DNA from: a virus
Taxonomy: Duplodnaviria; Caudoviricetes
DNA length: 64,000 nucleotides
Direction: 5' to 3' (one strand)
Virus record (IMG/VR): IMGVR_UViG_3300044693_000247
Coordinates: 21,071 to 85,070 of that record
Part shown: piece after piece, positions 55,883-64,000 of the stretch
How positions within the stretch are numbered: the stretch's first letter is position 1
Layout: the number at the start of each line of letters is the position of its first letter
Position numbers and translations under genes: made by a program
The notes under the pieces: model-generated
The model's input: the letters and a program-made list of their open reading frames with translations, nothing else
Databases searched by the model: none
Told to the model about the DNA's origin: nothing

Positions 55883-57075
55883 AGGCGCTGAAGATCGGAT
55901 CGCTGTTCTCAGGCGCGGGCGGCATCGAGCTCGGGCTGGAGATGGTGTTCCCACGCGCCCGGGTCGCGTGGCAAGCCGAGAGCGACCCGCACGCGCTGGC
56001 GGTGCTCGCCCACCATTGGCCCGAAGCACGCCGCTACACGGACGTGAGGGAGATCGACGAGCATGCAGAGCGACCCGACATCATCTGCGGCGGGTTCCCC
56101 TGCCAGGACATCAGCCTCGCCGGAAAGGGAGCCGGCATCGACGGTGAGCGATCCGGCCTCTGGTCCGAGTTCGCCCGCGTGCTTAGCGTTCTACGACCCG
56201 ATCTCGCGTTCGTGGAAAACGTCGCAGCTCTCGTTGGTCGAGGGCTCGACCGCGTACTCAGAGATCTTGCCGAAATCGGGTTCGATGCGGAGTGGGAGAC
56301 TCTTCGCGCGTCCGACATCGGAGCGCCCCACCGCAGAGAGCGAGTCTTCGTGCTGGCCTACGCCGACCGCGACCGAGTACGGCAGCTCGCAGAATGGGGA
56401 TCATGGCGTGGGCCGCGAGAACGAACGGCCGAGCGCGAACACGCCGAGTCTCTGGACGATGGCGCGGCACTGGCCGACGCCGATGGCGAGGGACGGAGAT
56501 CCGGCGCGGGGGACGCCATCGGCAGCGACGGCGGCGGCGAGGTTCCGATCGGGCCGGCGCAATCTCGACGACGCCGTGGCACTGTGGCCGAAGCCGACGG
56601 CCGCGGACAGTGGCAGAGCGAGCGGGACCTACGCGCGAGGGAACGCCACGCTGACGGGAGCGGCGAGGTCAAGTTGGCCGACGCCGACGGCTCGGGACGC
56701 GAAGGGAACGGGTTCGGAGAACCACCCGGAGCATGGAGGTCCGACGCTGCCGAATGTGGTGCGCGCTCTCTGGCCGACGCCAACGGCAACGGATGCGAAG
56801 GCGAGCGGCTCAGCGGCGTACTCGGACGAGAGCGGGCGGCACACGGGGGCGACGCTAACGGACGCCACGGTTCGCTCTGGCGCCACCGATTCCCGCCGGG
56901 CCCGGCCTGGATCGCCGGATGGGATGGTCCTCAGCCCGCGATTCGTCGAGGCGATGATGGGGTTCCCGGACGGTCACACCGCCTGCGCCTACTTGGGAAC
57001 GCCTGCGTCCCGCAGCAAGCGGCGGAAGCGTTCGTCAGGTTGATAGCGCGCGCCGATGGTCGGGAGGCCGCATGA
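55876..57075 (+). CDS. dcm: DNA cytosine-5 methyltransferase, alpha chain
   Basis: Motif I SLFSGAGG, IV GGFPCQ, VI ENV, VIII HRRERVF, X LGNACVP; motif IX not evident in this frame. Confidence 0.95.
   Translation: MLEALKIGSLFSGAGGIELGLEMVFPRARVAWQAESDPHALAVLAHHWPEARRYTDVREIDEHAERPDIICGGFPCQDISLAGKGAGIDGERSGLWSEFARVLSVLRPDLAFVENVAALVGRGLDRVLRDLAEIGFDAEWETLRASDIGAPHRRERVFVLAYADRDRVRQLAEWGSWRGPRERTAEREHAESLDDGAALADADGEGRRSGAGDAIGSDGGGEVPIGPAQSRRRRGTVAEADGRGQWQSERDLRARERHADGSGEVKLADADGSGREGNGFGEPPGAWRSDAAECGARSLADANGNGCEGERLSGVLGRERAAHGGDANGRHGSLWRHRFPPGPAWIAGWDGPQPAIRRGDDGVPGRSHRLRLLGNACVPQQAAEAFVRLIARADGREAA
56063..57043 (+). CDS. Nested +1-frame ORF, probable beta chain of the C5-MTase
   Basis: 326-codon open frame entirely inside dcm; five WP(T/K)PxAx(D/E) repeats; motif IX-like LSPRFVEAMMGFP. 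Confidence 0.7.
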   Translation: MQSDPTSSAAGSPARTSASPEREPASTVSDPASGPSSPACLAFYDPISRSWKTSQLSLVEGSTAYSEILPKSGSMRSGRLFARPTSERPTAESESSCWPTPTATEYGSSQNGDHGVGRENERPSANTPSLWTMARHWPTPMARDGDPARGTPSAATAAARFRSGRRNLDDAVALWPKPTAADSGRASGTYARGNATLTGAARSSWPTPTARDAKGTGSENHPEHGGPTLPNVVRALWPTPTATDAKASGSAAYSDESGRHTGATLTDATVRSGATDSRRARPGSPDGMVLSPRFVEAMMGFPDGHTACAYLGTPASRSKRRKRSSG

Positions 57076-57767
57076 AGCACCACGATCGCGACGTCCCCCA
57101 CCCGCGCACCAAGCGCGTGAAGACGGTCGAGCACTTCGTCGAGACGGAGCGTGCGCGGAGGCGAGTGCGCAAGGCCGATGGATCGTCTTGGCCGGCGCAC
57201 GCCGTCGGTCCTGGTGTAGCGCCGCGGCGTCCGCCGATTTGCATGCTGTTCGATGACCTCGCAGATCCCAGCGACCAGCCCGAAGGCGTGTTCGGGATGT
57301 ACCCCGCTGCCCTGATCCCGAAGCTCCTGCCCTACCTCCGCTGCGCGCGCCGCGAGGTCCTGCACGTCTGCTCGGGCGGGCTTCCACGGGGCGAGGGTAT
57401 TCGCGTGGATCTCAGGCCGGCAGCCCGGCCAGATTACGTCGCCGACGGCTGCGCGCTCCCGTTTCGCGACGGTACCTTCGCGGCGGCTCTGATCGACCCG
57501 CCGTACTCCGAGCACTACGCGCGCGAGCTCTACGGCACGGCTTACCCGCTGCCGTCTCACCTGCTTCGGGAGGCGGCGCGGGTCGTGCGACCGGGCGGAC
57601 GGATCGGATTCGTGCACTACCTCGTGCCCAACCCGCCGCCTGGCTGCCACCACGTCAAGACCTTCGGGCTGTCGATGGGGTTCGGATACCCGATGCGGGC
57701 GGTGACGTTGTACGAGCGCGATCAGGATGTGCTTCCCGGCGTCGGCGCGAACGAGGTCCCGACATGA
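57072..57767 (+). CDS. SAM-dependent DNA amino-methyltransferase-like protein
   Basis: LHVCSG, VDLRP..RPDYVAD...LPF.DGTF, DPPY. Confidence 0.8.
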   Translation: MKHHDRDVPHPRTKRVKTVEHFVETERARRRVRKADGSSWPAHAVGPGVAPRRPPICMLFDDLADPSDQPEGVFGMYPAALIPKLLPYLRCARREVLHVCSGGLPRGEGIRVDLRPAARPDYVADGCALPFRDGTFAAALIDPPYSEHYARELYGTAYPLPSHLLREAARVVRPGGRIGFVHYLVPNPPPGCHHVKTFGLSMGFGYPMRAVTLYERDQDVLPGVGANEVPT

Positions 57768-58696
57768 AGGCGCCGTTCCCATATTTCGGCGGCAAGCGAA
57801 CCGTCGCGCCCGAGGTCTGGCGTCGTTTCGGATCGCCGAAGCAGTACATCGAGCCGTTCTGTGGATCGGCCGCGATCCTTCTCGCCGCCCCGGCCCCCGC
57901 GTCGCTCGAAGTGATCGGCGACATGAACGGATTCATCGCGAACTTCTGGCGAGCGGTTGTCCATCAGCACGCCGAGGTTGCGCGATGGGCCGACTACCCC
58001 GTCTCTCACGTCGACCTGCACGCGCGGCACGCCTGGCTGATGGAACGGCGTCAAGCTTTGGCCGCCGGCCTCGAAGACCCTGAATGGACCGGCAACGCTC
58101 AGGCAGCCGGATGGTGGTTGTGGGGTCAGTGCTGCTGGATCGGGTCGGGGTGGTGCGAGTGGGATCGCGATCGGCAACGCGGGCATGGGGATTCAGGCAG
58201 CGGGCAAGGTCAGGTCCCGCACGTCGGCAACGCGGGCATGGGGATTCAGGCAGCGGGCAAGGTCCCGCACGTCAGCGACGGGGGCAGGGGCGCTCCGTGG
58301 ACGTCATCAGGAGCCGTCGCAATGACCTGGCTCGCGAAGCTATCCGCCCGCATGGAGCGCGTGCGCGTCGTTCACGGCGACTGGAAGCGATGCCTTAACC
58401 ACCACTACGGCGGCAACAACACCGCCGTCTTTCTCGATCCTCCGTACGAGGGGTACGAGGGTCTGTACGGCGCTCGTCCGATCGCCGCCGATGTAGCCGA
58501 TTGGTGCCGCGAGAATTCGGGCCTGAAGATCGCGCTCTGCGGGCACCGCGGGGACTACCAGCTCGAAGGGTGGTCGGTGTTCGAGTGGGAGCGCGAGCGG
58601 AACACGTACGGTGGTGACAGCACAAAAGGGGACGAGGCGATCTGGTTTTCGCCATCGTGCGCTCAAGGCGGTGGGCAGCTGGAGTTGTGCGCATGA
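57764..58696 (+). CDS. D12-class DNA adenine methylase
   Basis: PFPYFGGKR, YIEPFCGSAA, GDW, VFLDPPY. Confidence 0.92.
   Translation: MKAPFPYFGGKRTVAPEVWRRFGSPKQYIEPFCGSAAILLAAPAPASLEVIGDMNGFIANFWRAVVHQHAEVARWADYPVSHVDLHARHAWLMERRQALAAGLEDPEWTGNAQAAGWWLWGQCCWIGSGWCEWDRDRQRGHGDSGSGQGQVPHVGNAGMGIQAAGKVPHVSDGGRGAPWTSSGAVAMTWLAKLSARMERVRVVHGDWKRCLNHHYGGNNTAVFLDPPYEGYEGLYGARPIAADVADWCRENSGLKIALCGHRGDYQLEGWSVFEWERERNTYGGDSTKGDEAIWFSPSCAQGGGQLELCA
58171..58271 (+). repeat. Tandem 53/48-bp repeat inside the D12 methylase gene
   Basis: TCGGCAACGCGGGCATGGGGATTCAGGCAGCGGGCAAGGTC..CCGCACG at 58171 and 58224; first copy has an extra AGGTC. Confidence 0.9.
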
Positions 58697-58842
58697 GACA
58701 GCCCCCGATCATGCTCGCCCTCAAGTTCGTCGGCGCATGGGTGATCAGCGACCGCTTCCCGTTTCCTGCCGGAATCGTGGCGTGCTGGATCTGGATGCTG
58801 GCGATCGATCTGCTCTGGTGGCAGAGGCCGAGGTGGCGATGA
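58693..58842 (+). CDS. Small membrane protein
   Basis: Hydrophobic; ATGA overlaps. Confidence 0.45.
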   Translation: MRQPPIMLALKFVGAWVISDRFPFPAGIVACWIWMLAIDLLWWQRPRWR

Positions 58843-59675
58843 GCGCGAACCAACTAAGCTTCCGCCCGTGGACGCCCGCCGAAGACGCCGTGATCCGCGA
58901 CCGCTACGTCACCGCCGGATCCGCAGCCGTCGCCCGCGACCTCGGCCGCACCGTCTCGTCGGTCTGTCACCGCGCTCGTCGCCTCCGCGTGCTCTCCCGC
59001 CGTCGCTGGACGCCCGCCGACGACAACCGCCTCCGCAACCTCTGGGGCAGCCACCCGGTTGCCCACGTCGCGAAGATGCTGGGTCGCACCGAGGCGACCA
59101 CGTACTGGCGCGCCCAGAAGCTCGGCCTTCCGCTCGGCTGCCCGCAGGGCATGGAGTACCTCACACACGCGGCAGAGCGGACCGGGTACCAGACCTCTCA
59201 GCTCACCCGGATCCTGCGGTGGGCCGGCGTCCCGGAATACCGCTCGGCATCGCGGAAGACCGGTGCCGCGCGACACTTCCACGTCGTCGATCCGTTCGAT
59301 GTCGACGAGGCCATCGCCGCTTGGCTGAAGACCGAGACCGCGGAGTTCGCGGCGAAGAGTCGGGGCCTCGTCACCGAGACCATGGTGCGGATCTTGGAGC
59401 AGTTCGGAGAGGGCGTTCCACCGCGACCGAAGAAGCGGAAGGCACACTGGCGGATCCCGACCGAGGTCATCGACGCCGCGATCGCGAAGCGAGACCAGTA
59501 CGAGACGCTGTCCGAGGCCGCACGACGGAACGGTATTGCGGTCTGGAGGATGTGGCGGCGGGCGAAGGCGGCCGGCGTGGAGAGACCGCCGGGAACGAAG
59601 CTGTGGCTGATTAGGCGGGAGGATGCCGATCGGCTGGCGGCGGAGATGGGCGCGAGAAAGGAGCGGGCTGCGTGA
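58839..59675 (+). CDS. Multi-HTH (Myb/SANT-like repeat) DNA-binding protein
   Basis: Two WTPA(E/D)D..(I/L)R...VA..LGRT repeats plus further HTHs. Confidence 0.8.
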   Translation: MSANQLSFRPWTPAEDAVIRDRYVTAGSAAVARDLGRTVSSVCHRARRLRVLSRRRWTPADDNRLRNLWGSHPVAHVAKMLGRTEATTYWRAQKLGLPLGCPQGMEYLTHAAERTGYQTSQLTRILRWAGVPEYRSASRKTGAARHFHVVDPFDVDEAIAAWLKTETAEFAAKSRGLVTETMVRILEQFGEGVPPRPKKRKAHWRIPTEVIDAAIAKRDQYETLSEAARRNGIAVWRMWRRAKAAGVERPPGTKLWLIRREDADRLAAEMGARKERAA

Positions 59676-60187
59676 CCGCCCCCTTCGCCCTCGTGACCGA
59701 AGAGCGCACCGCCGACGTCTCACCCGACAGGCGCTACCGCTACTCGTTCGTCTGGCGCTGGGCAAGCGGTCCCCGCGCGCTGGTGGTCGGAATCAATCCC
59801 TCGGACGGTGACACGCACGAGCCCGACGCGACGATGCGGAAGTGGCGCGGCTTCTGCGGGCGCCTTGGCTTCGGAAGCTACGAGGCGGTGAACCCGTACG
59901 CGCTCCGCTCCCCGGATCCGAGCGCATTGCTCTCCTGCGACCTGGCCACGGCCATCGGACGGCTCAACGACGCCGCGATCGCTGTCGCGCTCGATCGCTG
60001 CGACGAGGTGATCGCCTGCTGGGGCCGCGTCCCGGCGAAGGCGCTGCAGCCCCGGATCGATGAGGTGCGGGACGTGCCGATGAAGAGTGGGAAGCGCGTG
60101 CGCTGCTGGGGCTACACGGCGGACCGGCAGCCGAGGCATCCGCTGATGCTCGCGTACGACACGCCGCTCGAGGACCTGCGACCATGA
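59672..60187 (+). CDS. DUF1643 protein
   Basis: DRRYRY...W, VGINPS.....DATMRK, NPYALRS.DP, VIACWG, QPRHPL. Confidence 0.92.
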   Translation: MTAPFALVTEERTADVSPDRRYRYSFVWRWASGPRALVVGINPSDGDTHEPDATMRKWRGFCGRLGFGSYEAVNPYALRSPDPSALLSCDLATAIGRLNDAAIAVALDRCDEVIACWGRVPAKALQPRIDEVRDVPMKSGKRVRCWGYTADRQPRHPLMLAYDTPLEDLRP

Positions 60188-60435
60188 CTCCAGCCCTCGT
60201 TCCGATGCCGCCGTGCGTGAATCCCCGACGCGATGGCTCGCGCTGCCGAACGTGCTGGTATTGCCAGCAGACGGAGGCGCCGCTCAGAGCGAAGCTCCAT
60301 GATCCGAACTCGACGCTGGCCGACCTAGTGGATGCCGCCTTCGCTGTCGGGCTTCGAGTCATCGCGCCGGTGCTCGTTCCGATCGGAGGCCCGTACGCTG
60401 CCGGCTGGAGGAAGTGGGGAGGACCCAAGAAGTGA
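60184..60435 (+). CDS. Hypothetical protein
   Basis: Coupled ORF; Cys cluster. Confidence 0.45.
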   Translation: MTPALVPMPPCVNPRRDGSRCRTCWYCQQTEAPLRAKLHDPNSTLADLVDAAFAVGLRVIAPVLVPIGGPYAAGWRKWGGPKK

Positions 60436-60620
60436 CGCCGCGGGAGCAGATCGCCGCCGGCCCCAGGTTCACGCTGGCCACCACACCCGACGGCAAGAAC
60501 GCGCCCGCGGCCGACTGCGCGTGCTGCGGCTGGAACGACTATCTCGACAGGGAGACGGGGCTCTGTCGCGCGTGCTTCCGGGCGTGGCGGTTCAGCGAGG
60601 GCGCGAAAGGGGTCCGGTGA
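60432..60620 (+). CDS. Small Zn-finger protein
   Basis: CACCG...GLCRAC. Confidence 0.5.
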   Translation: MTPREQIAAGPRFTLATTPDGKNAPAADCACCGWNDYLDRETGLCRACFRAWRFSEGAKGVR

Positions 60621-61570
60621 GCGCGCGGGCTGCCACGAACGACCGACGCCGGAGCCGGCCGCCGGGACATCGAAGAATCAGCACGCGCAGGCGGGATGCG
60701 ACGCCAGCGGTCGAGACGCCGGAGGAAACGCCGGGTGGCGAGCCGCCGCGTGGGCCGGACAACCGCCGCGCCCTGCAACTGTCGCTCAGGCCGCCCGAGA
60801 TCTTCATGCAGATGGATCACCTCCGGACGCTGCTCGGTCCAGCGCCTCCGGAGCTCACCGACGAGGCCGCAGCCCGCGTGATCGCAGTGGTCCGCGAGGG
60901 ATGGACGAAGCCGCCCAACATCGCCGCTTGTGCCGGTGTCGGGGAGGGCGCTCTGCGCCACTGGCTCCGCCGCCGAACCAAGGCCGAGGACCCGCGCCTC
61001 TGGGCATTCCAGCGCGAGGTCGCGAAGGCCAAAGCGGAAGCCGACGAGAACCTCAAGACGTGGCAACCGCGGCTCCGCCTCCGCGTCCCGTTCCGACTGC
61101 CGACGATCAAGGGCCACAGCCTCGGCGCCGCGAAGCTGTCCCGGACGGAGCGGGCCGACCGCCAGATGGTGCTCGGCGAGGAACTTCCGCTCCGACCGCC
61201 GACCCGCGGCGACTGCCGCTACGTCCCGCGCCCTTGTCCCTTCGTGAGCTGCACCAAGCACCTCAAGTACGACGAGCGGATCCTGGCCGACGGTCGAGGC
61301 AGCATCCTGAAGGACAACTTCCCCGAGTTCGACATCGCCGACATGGAAGAGACCTGCTCGAGCGACGTCGCTGACGACGGTCCCCAGGAGGCGACCCGGA
61401 TCGCGCGGCTGATGAATCTGACCCCGCAGCGGGTATTGCAGATCCAGCAGGTCGCCTTGCTGAAGATGCGGCGCGCGCTCGAGGACAGCATCGGGCGCAC
61501 GGTGACCTCGGAAGAGATGCAGGCCGCGATCGAGATCCTGAAGCAGGGCGAAGAAGAGGACGAAAAGTAG
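60617..61570 (+). CDS. HTH + Cys motif + sigma70 region-4-like DNA-binding protein (late regulator candidate)
   Basis: PTRGDC...RPCPFVSC..HL...NFP...ETCS.DVAD.G...IARLMNLTPQRVLQIQQ.AL.K. Confidence 0.8.
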   Translation: MSARAATNDRRRSRPPGHRRISTRRRDATPAVETPEETPGGEPPRGPDNRRALQLSLRPPEIFMQMDHLRTLLGPAPPELTDEAAARVIAVVREGWTKPPNIAACAGVGEGALRHWLRRRTKAEDPRLWAFQREVAKAKAEADENLKTWQPRLRLRVPFRLPTIKGHSLGAAKLSRTERADRQMVLGEELPLRPPTRGDCRYVPRPCPFVSCTKHLKYDERILADGRGSILKDNFPEFDIADMEETCSSDVADDGPQEATRIARLMNLTPQRVLQIQQVALLKMRRALEDSIGRTVTSEEMQAAIEILKQGEEEDEK

Positions 61571-61597
61571 CCCGCGGAATTTTCATGACGGCCTGGC

Positions 61598-62098
61598 ATG
61601 GCTGACCCTGGCCACATGAACCCACGCCCGTTTCTCCTCGCCGCAGCGCTCGCCCTCGCGCTCTCCGGTTCCACGTCCTGCGCCGCCTCGAAGATCCCGC
61701 CCGTGGTCGACAACCTCGTCGGCATCGCGGTCGACTGCGGGAAGGTCGTCGCCACGAACCTGCTGGAGACCGAGGCCGTCAAGATCGGCACCGACCTGAC
61801 CGCGCTCGACTTCACGCAGGCCGACACCGACGTGCGCAAGGACGTCTCCGATCTCGTGAGCCACGGCATGGGCGTCGAGGCCGCCTGGCAGGCCGTCGCG
61901 TGCGTCGTCGAGGACGTCATCAACCGAGCGCAGGTGCACAGCGCCGCCACCAACGGTGACGACGAGATCGCCAGCAGACAGATCACGAACGGCAAGCGCT
62001 GGATCGACGTGCACCAGGTCGTCTACTCGCCGGGGGCGAGTACCGGGGCATGGTTGGTGCCCGATCGGTGGCGGTGGCCGAGCTGGCGGTTGGCGTGA
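61598..62098 (+). CDS. Putative lipoprotein
   Basis: Hydrophobic leader ending STSC; helical body. Confidence 0.65.
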   Translation: MADPGHMNPRPFLLAAALALALSGSTSCAASKIPPVVDNLVGIAVDCGKVVATNLLETEAVKIGTDLTALDFTQADTDVRKDVSDLVSHGMGVEAAWQAVACVVEDVINRAQVHSAATNGDDEIASRQITNGKRWIDVHQVVYSPGASTGAWLVPDRWRWPSWRLA

Positions 62099-62247
62099 AG
62101 CGCCTCCTGATCGCATTCGCGCTGCTGGCCGCCGCCCGCTGGCTGGCGAGCTGCTACCACGGCGACCCGCCATGGCCAGGGCCGGATCCGACGGCGCCGC
62201 CGCAACCGGTGTTCGAGAAGGCGGGACGCGACGGAGGGAACGGCTGA
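62095..62247 (+). CDS. Small putative lipoprotein
   Basis: LLIAFALLAAARWLASC, Pro-rich tail. Confidence 0.45.
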   Translation: MKRLLIAFALLAAARWLASCYHGDPPWPGPDPTAPPQPVFEKAGRDGGNG

Positions 62248-62576
62248 TGTCCATCGCTGCAGGAAGAACCACGCGGCGCCTGCTCGCCCGCGGAATTGAT
62301 CCGGTCGCTGTGGCCAACGGAGGTAAGCGAACCGACGAGATGGTCCATCTGTGGCGATTCGTGATGGGTCGCCGATACGTGCGGGCGGTCGATCTGGTTC
62401 CCCCGCCGCGACTCGTGCCGTCACCTGACGAGGCGCCCTACACGAAGGCGAAATGGAGGGTGTTCGTCGGACGAGTTCGCGTCCCGCGCGGAAAGCGATG
62501 CGACCGCAGCGCTCAGATCGTGAGCGAAGCGCGCGCCGCGTGCGAACGACAGAAGGCTCCGAGGGCCACAGGATGA
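62247..62576 (+). CDS. Hypothetical basic protein
   Basis: TGATG overlap. Confidence 0.45.
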   Translation: MSIAAGRTTRRLLARGIDPVAVANGGKRTDEMVHLWRFVMGRRYVRAVDLVPPPRLVPSPDEAPYTKAKWRVFVGRVRVPRGKRCDRSAQIVSEARAACERQKAPRATG

Positions 62577-63310
62577 CCACGCCAGAAATCGGCATCTTCA
62601 ACCGCTCATCGCTATCCGACCGCGACCTCGCCTTCCAGGTGGCCGCCGTCGACGTGCAACTCCGCGAGCACTTCATCCCGGCGTGGTCCGGCATGCACTG
62701 GTACGCGCTCGGCATGGACTACCGACTGCCGGAGGGTGACCTGCCGTGGCCGCTGCAGGCGTTCACCGATCCGAGCCTGCTTCCGTCGGGGAGGTTCTGG
62801 CCGCTGACCGTGCTCGACCAGGTGCCGCAGGGCGAGGCCGGCGACCACGATGACGAGTCCGGTCTGATCAGCGCGCGCTGCCTCGCGAACCCCAAGGACC
62901 CGCTCGACGCCACCGTGATCTCGCACGAGGCGCTCGAGATGCGCGGCGACCCATCGTGCGACCTGTGGATGCCGACGTCGCCGACCGTGCAGGTGGCCGT
63001 GGAAGCGGCCGATGCCGTCGAGGACGACTGGTACACGATCCCGATCGAGCTGGGCGGCGAGCTGCGCCAGGTTAAGGTCTCGAACTTCGTGCTTCCGGCG
63101 TGGTGGGTTGCCGGCGCCGCGCCGCCGTACGACTATCTCGGCCTCTGCACGAAGCCGCAGGAGATCCGACCCGGCGGCTACGTCATCCAGCGGCAGGACG
63201 GCAAGCTCTCGAACGTCTTCGGCGACGAGCGGGGGCAGGCGCACTTCGAGGCGAAGCGCGTGCGACGGGACACCCGGGTGGCGCTTCGGATCGCGAAGGC
63301 GAGCCGATGA
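62573..63310 (+). CDS. Zincin-like metallopeptidase-type protein
   Basis: GDH, VISHEALEM..DP, EAADAVE..WY, VSNFVLPAWW, GGY. Confidence 0.6.
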   Translation: MTTPEIGIFNRSSLSDRDLAFQVAAVDVQLREHFIPAWSGMHWYALGMDYRLPEGDLPWPLQAFTDPSLLPSGRFWPLTVLDQVPQGEAGDHDDESGLISARCLANPKDPLDATVISHEALEMRGDPSCDLWMPTSPTVQVAVEAADAVEDDWYTIPIELGGELRQVKVSNFVLPAWWVAGAAPPYDYLGLCTKPQEIRPGGYVIQRQDGKLSNVFGDERGQAHFEAKRVRRDTRVALRIAKASR

Positions 63311-63642
63311 GACTGTTCTCTGGCCCGCTCCCCGGACAGAAGGCATTGATCGCCTGGCGCGGAGAAGGTCGATGGCCGAAGGGCAACTGTATCGCCGCAC
63401 GGGCATCGGTTGCTCTCCGCCGAGTGAATGCACCGAAGGGTTACCGCGTCGGCCTACTGGACTGGATCTGCGTGATCCTCCACCTGCTGATCGCGAACTC
63501 GGTTCAGCGGACCTGGTTGGAATGGCTGCGCGGGCAACTCCGGTTCACCTGGCGGCAGTTGAAAGACTGGCGCGCGGGAAAGCAGGTGGCGAGGCGCTGG
63601 CCGACGAAGCGATCAGAAAGGCCAAAGCCCGAAGCGGCGTGA
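63307..63642 (+). CDS. Hypothetical protein
   Basis: ATGA overlap. Confidence 0.45.
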   Translation: MRLFSGPLPGQKALIAWRGEGRWPKGNCIAARASVALRRVNAPKGYRVGLLDWICVILHLLIANSVQRTWLEWLRGQLRFTWRQLKDWRAGKQVARRWPTKRSERPKPEAA

Positions 63643-63753
63643 GCGCGATCGGAAAAGTAGGGCTGGAATTTTAGTCGGCGCCTCGCGCGCTGAGAATCGA
63701 TCGGGACAAGAGGCCGCCTCTCGGGTGGCCGAGACCACCAGGAGGAAACGAAC

Positions 63754-64000
63754 ATGGGCGCAGCGATTCAGAGCACCGGGACCAACACGGCGGCGGCCAA
63801 GACCGCCCTCAGCGTGATCGCGGGGACCACCGTCCGCCCGCGCATCACCGACTTCACGCTGTGGACGACCGGCGCGCCGACTTCGGACGCAGGCGTCGAA
63901 GTGCAGGCGAAGCGGTTCACGGCCGACGGCACCGGAACCGCGGTCACCCCTCAGGTCGTCGACCCGAACGCGCCGGCGGCGATCGCTACCTCGAAGTCGG
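63754..64000 (+). CDS. Beta-rich probable virion structural protein (runs off window end)
   Basis: Strong RBS AGGAGG; Thr/Ala/Gly-rich beta pattern. Confidence 0.55.
   Translation, partial: MGAAIQSTGTNTAAAKTALSVIAGTTVRPRITDFTLWTTGAPTSDAGVEVQAKRFTADGTGTAVTPQVVDPNAPAAIATSKS

Noticed and set aside
60617-61100. Terminase small subunit
   Set aside because: HTH resembles TerS N-termini, but it is fused to a sigma-r4 domain and no large terminase follows in the window
1-64000. Numerous long Arg/Pro/Ala-rich ORFs on opposite strands or in alternate frames
   Set aside because: Expected shadow ORFs in about 70% GC DNA with no motifs; only the nested 56063..57043 ORF has motif support

Overview
The whole 64 kb window is a high-GC temperate tailed-phage genome with a contractile-tail (myovirus-type) baseplate. 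No host housekeeping genes are visible. Order: baseplate and tail-fibre genes (1-11.4 kb); small membrane/late genes and RuvC (11.5-15.7 kb); a small RHH-regulated DUF4942 module (15.8-17.8 kb); a minus-strand accessory block with a CHAP hydrolase, lipoproteins, an acyltransferase-3 and a truncated Cas12m/TnpB-like fragment (17.8-24.3 kb); a divergent promoter region; then a long plus-strand early/middle region with an exonuclease/annealase pair, ParB-like protein, PLD nuclease, RpoH-like sigma factor, internal tyrosine integrase, replication initiator, primase-helicase and a large DNA-modification arsenal; finally the start of the late region. Gly/Cys-rich lipoproteins, the RpoH-like sigma factor and a sigma-region-4 protein suggest a myxobacterial (Myxococcota) host (inference). 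Most notable: two copies of a covarying, possibly pseudoknotted intergenic RNA motif; a C5-methyltransferase with a second subunit apparently nested in the +1 frame; a Cas12m-like N-terminal fragment; a G10-frameshifted putative Mom-like gene; and a CCA-ended tRNA-like fold beside the integrase. All family assignments come from recognising motifs by eye; no database searches were run.
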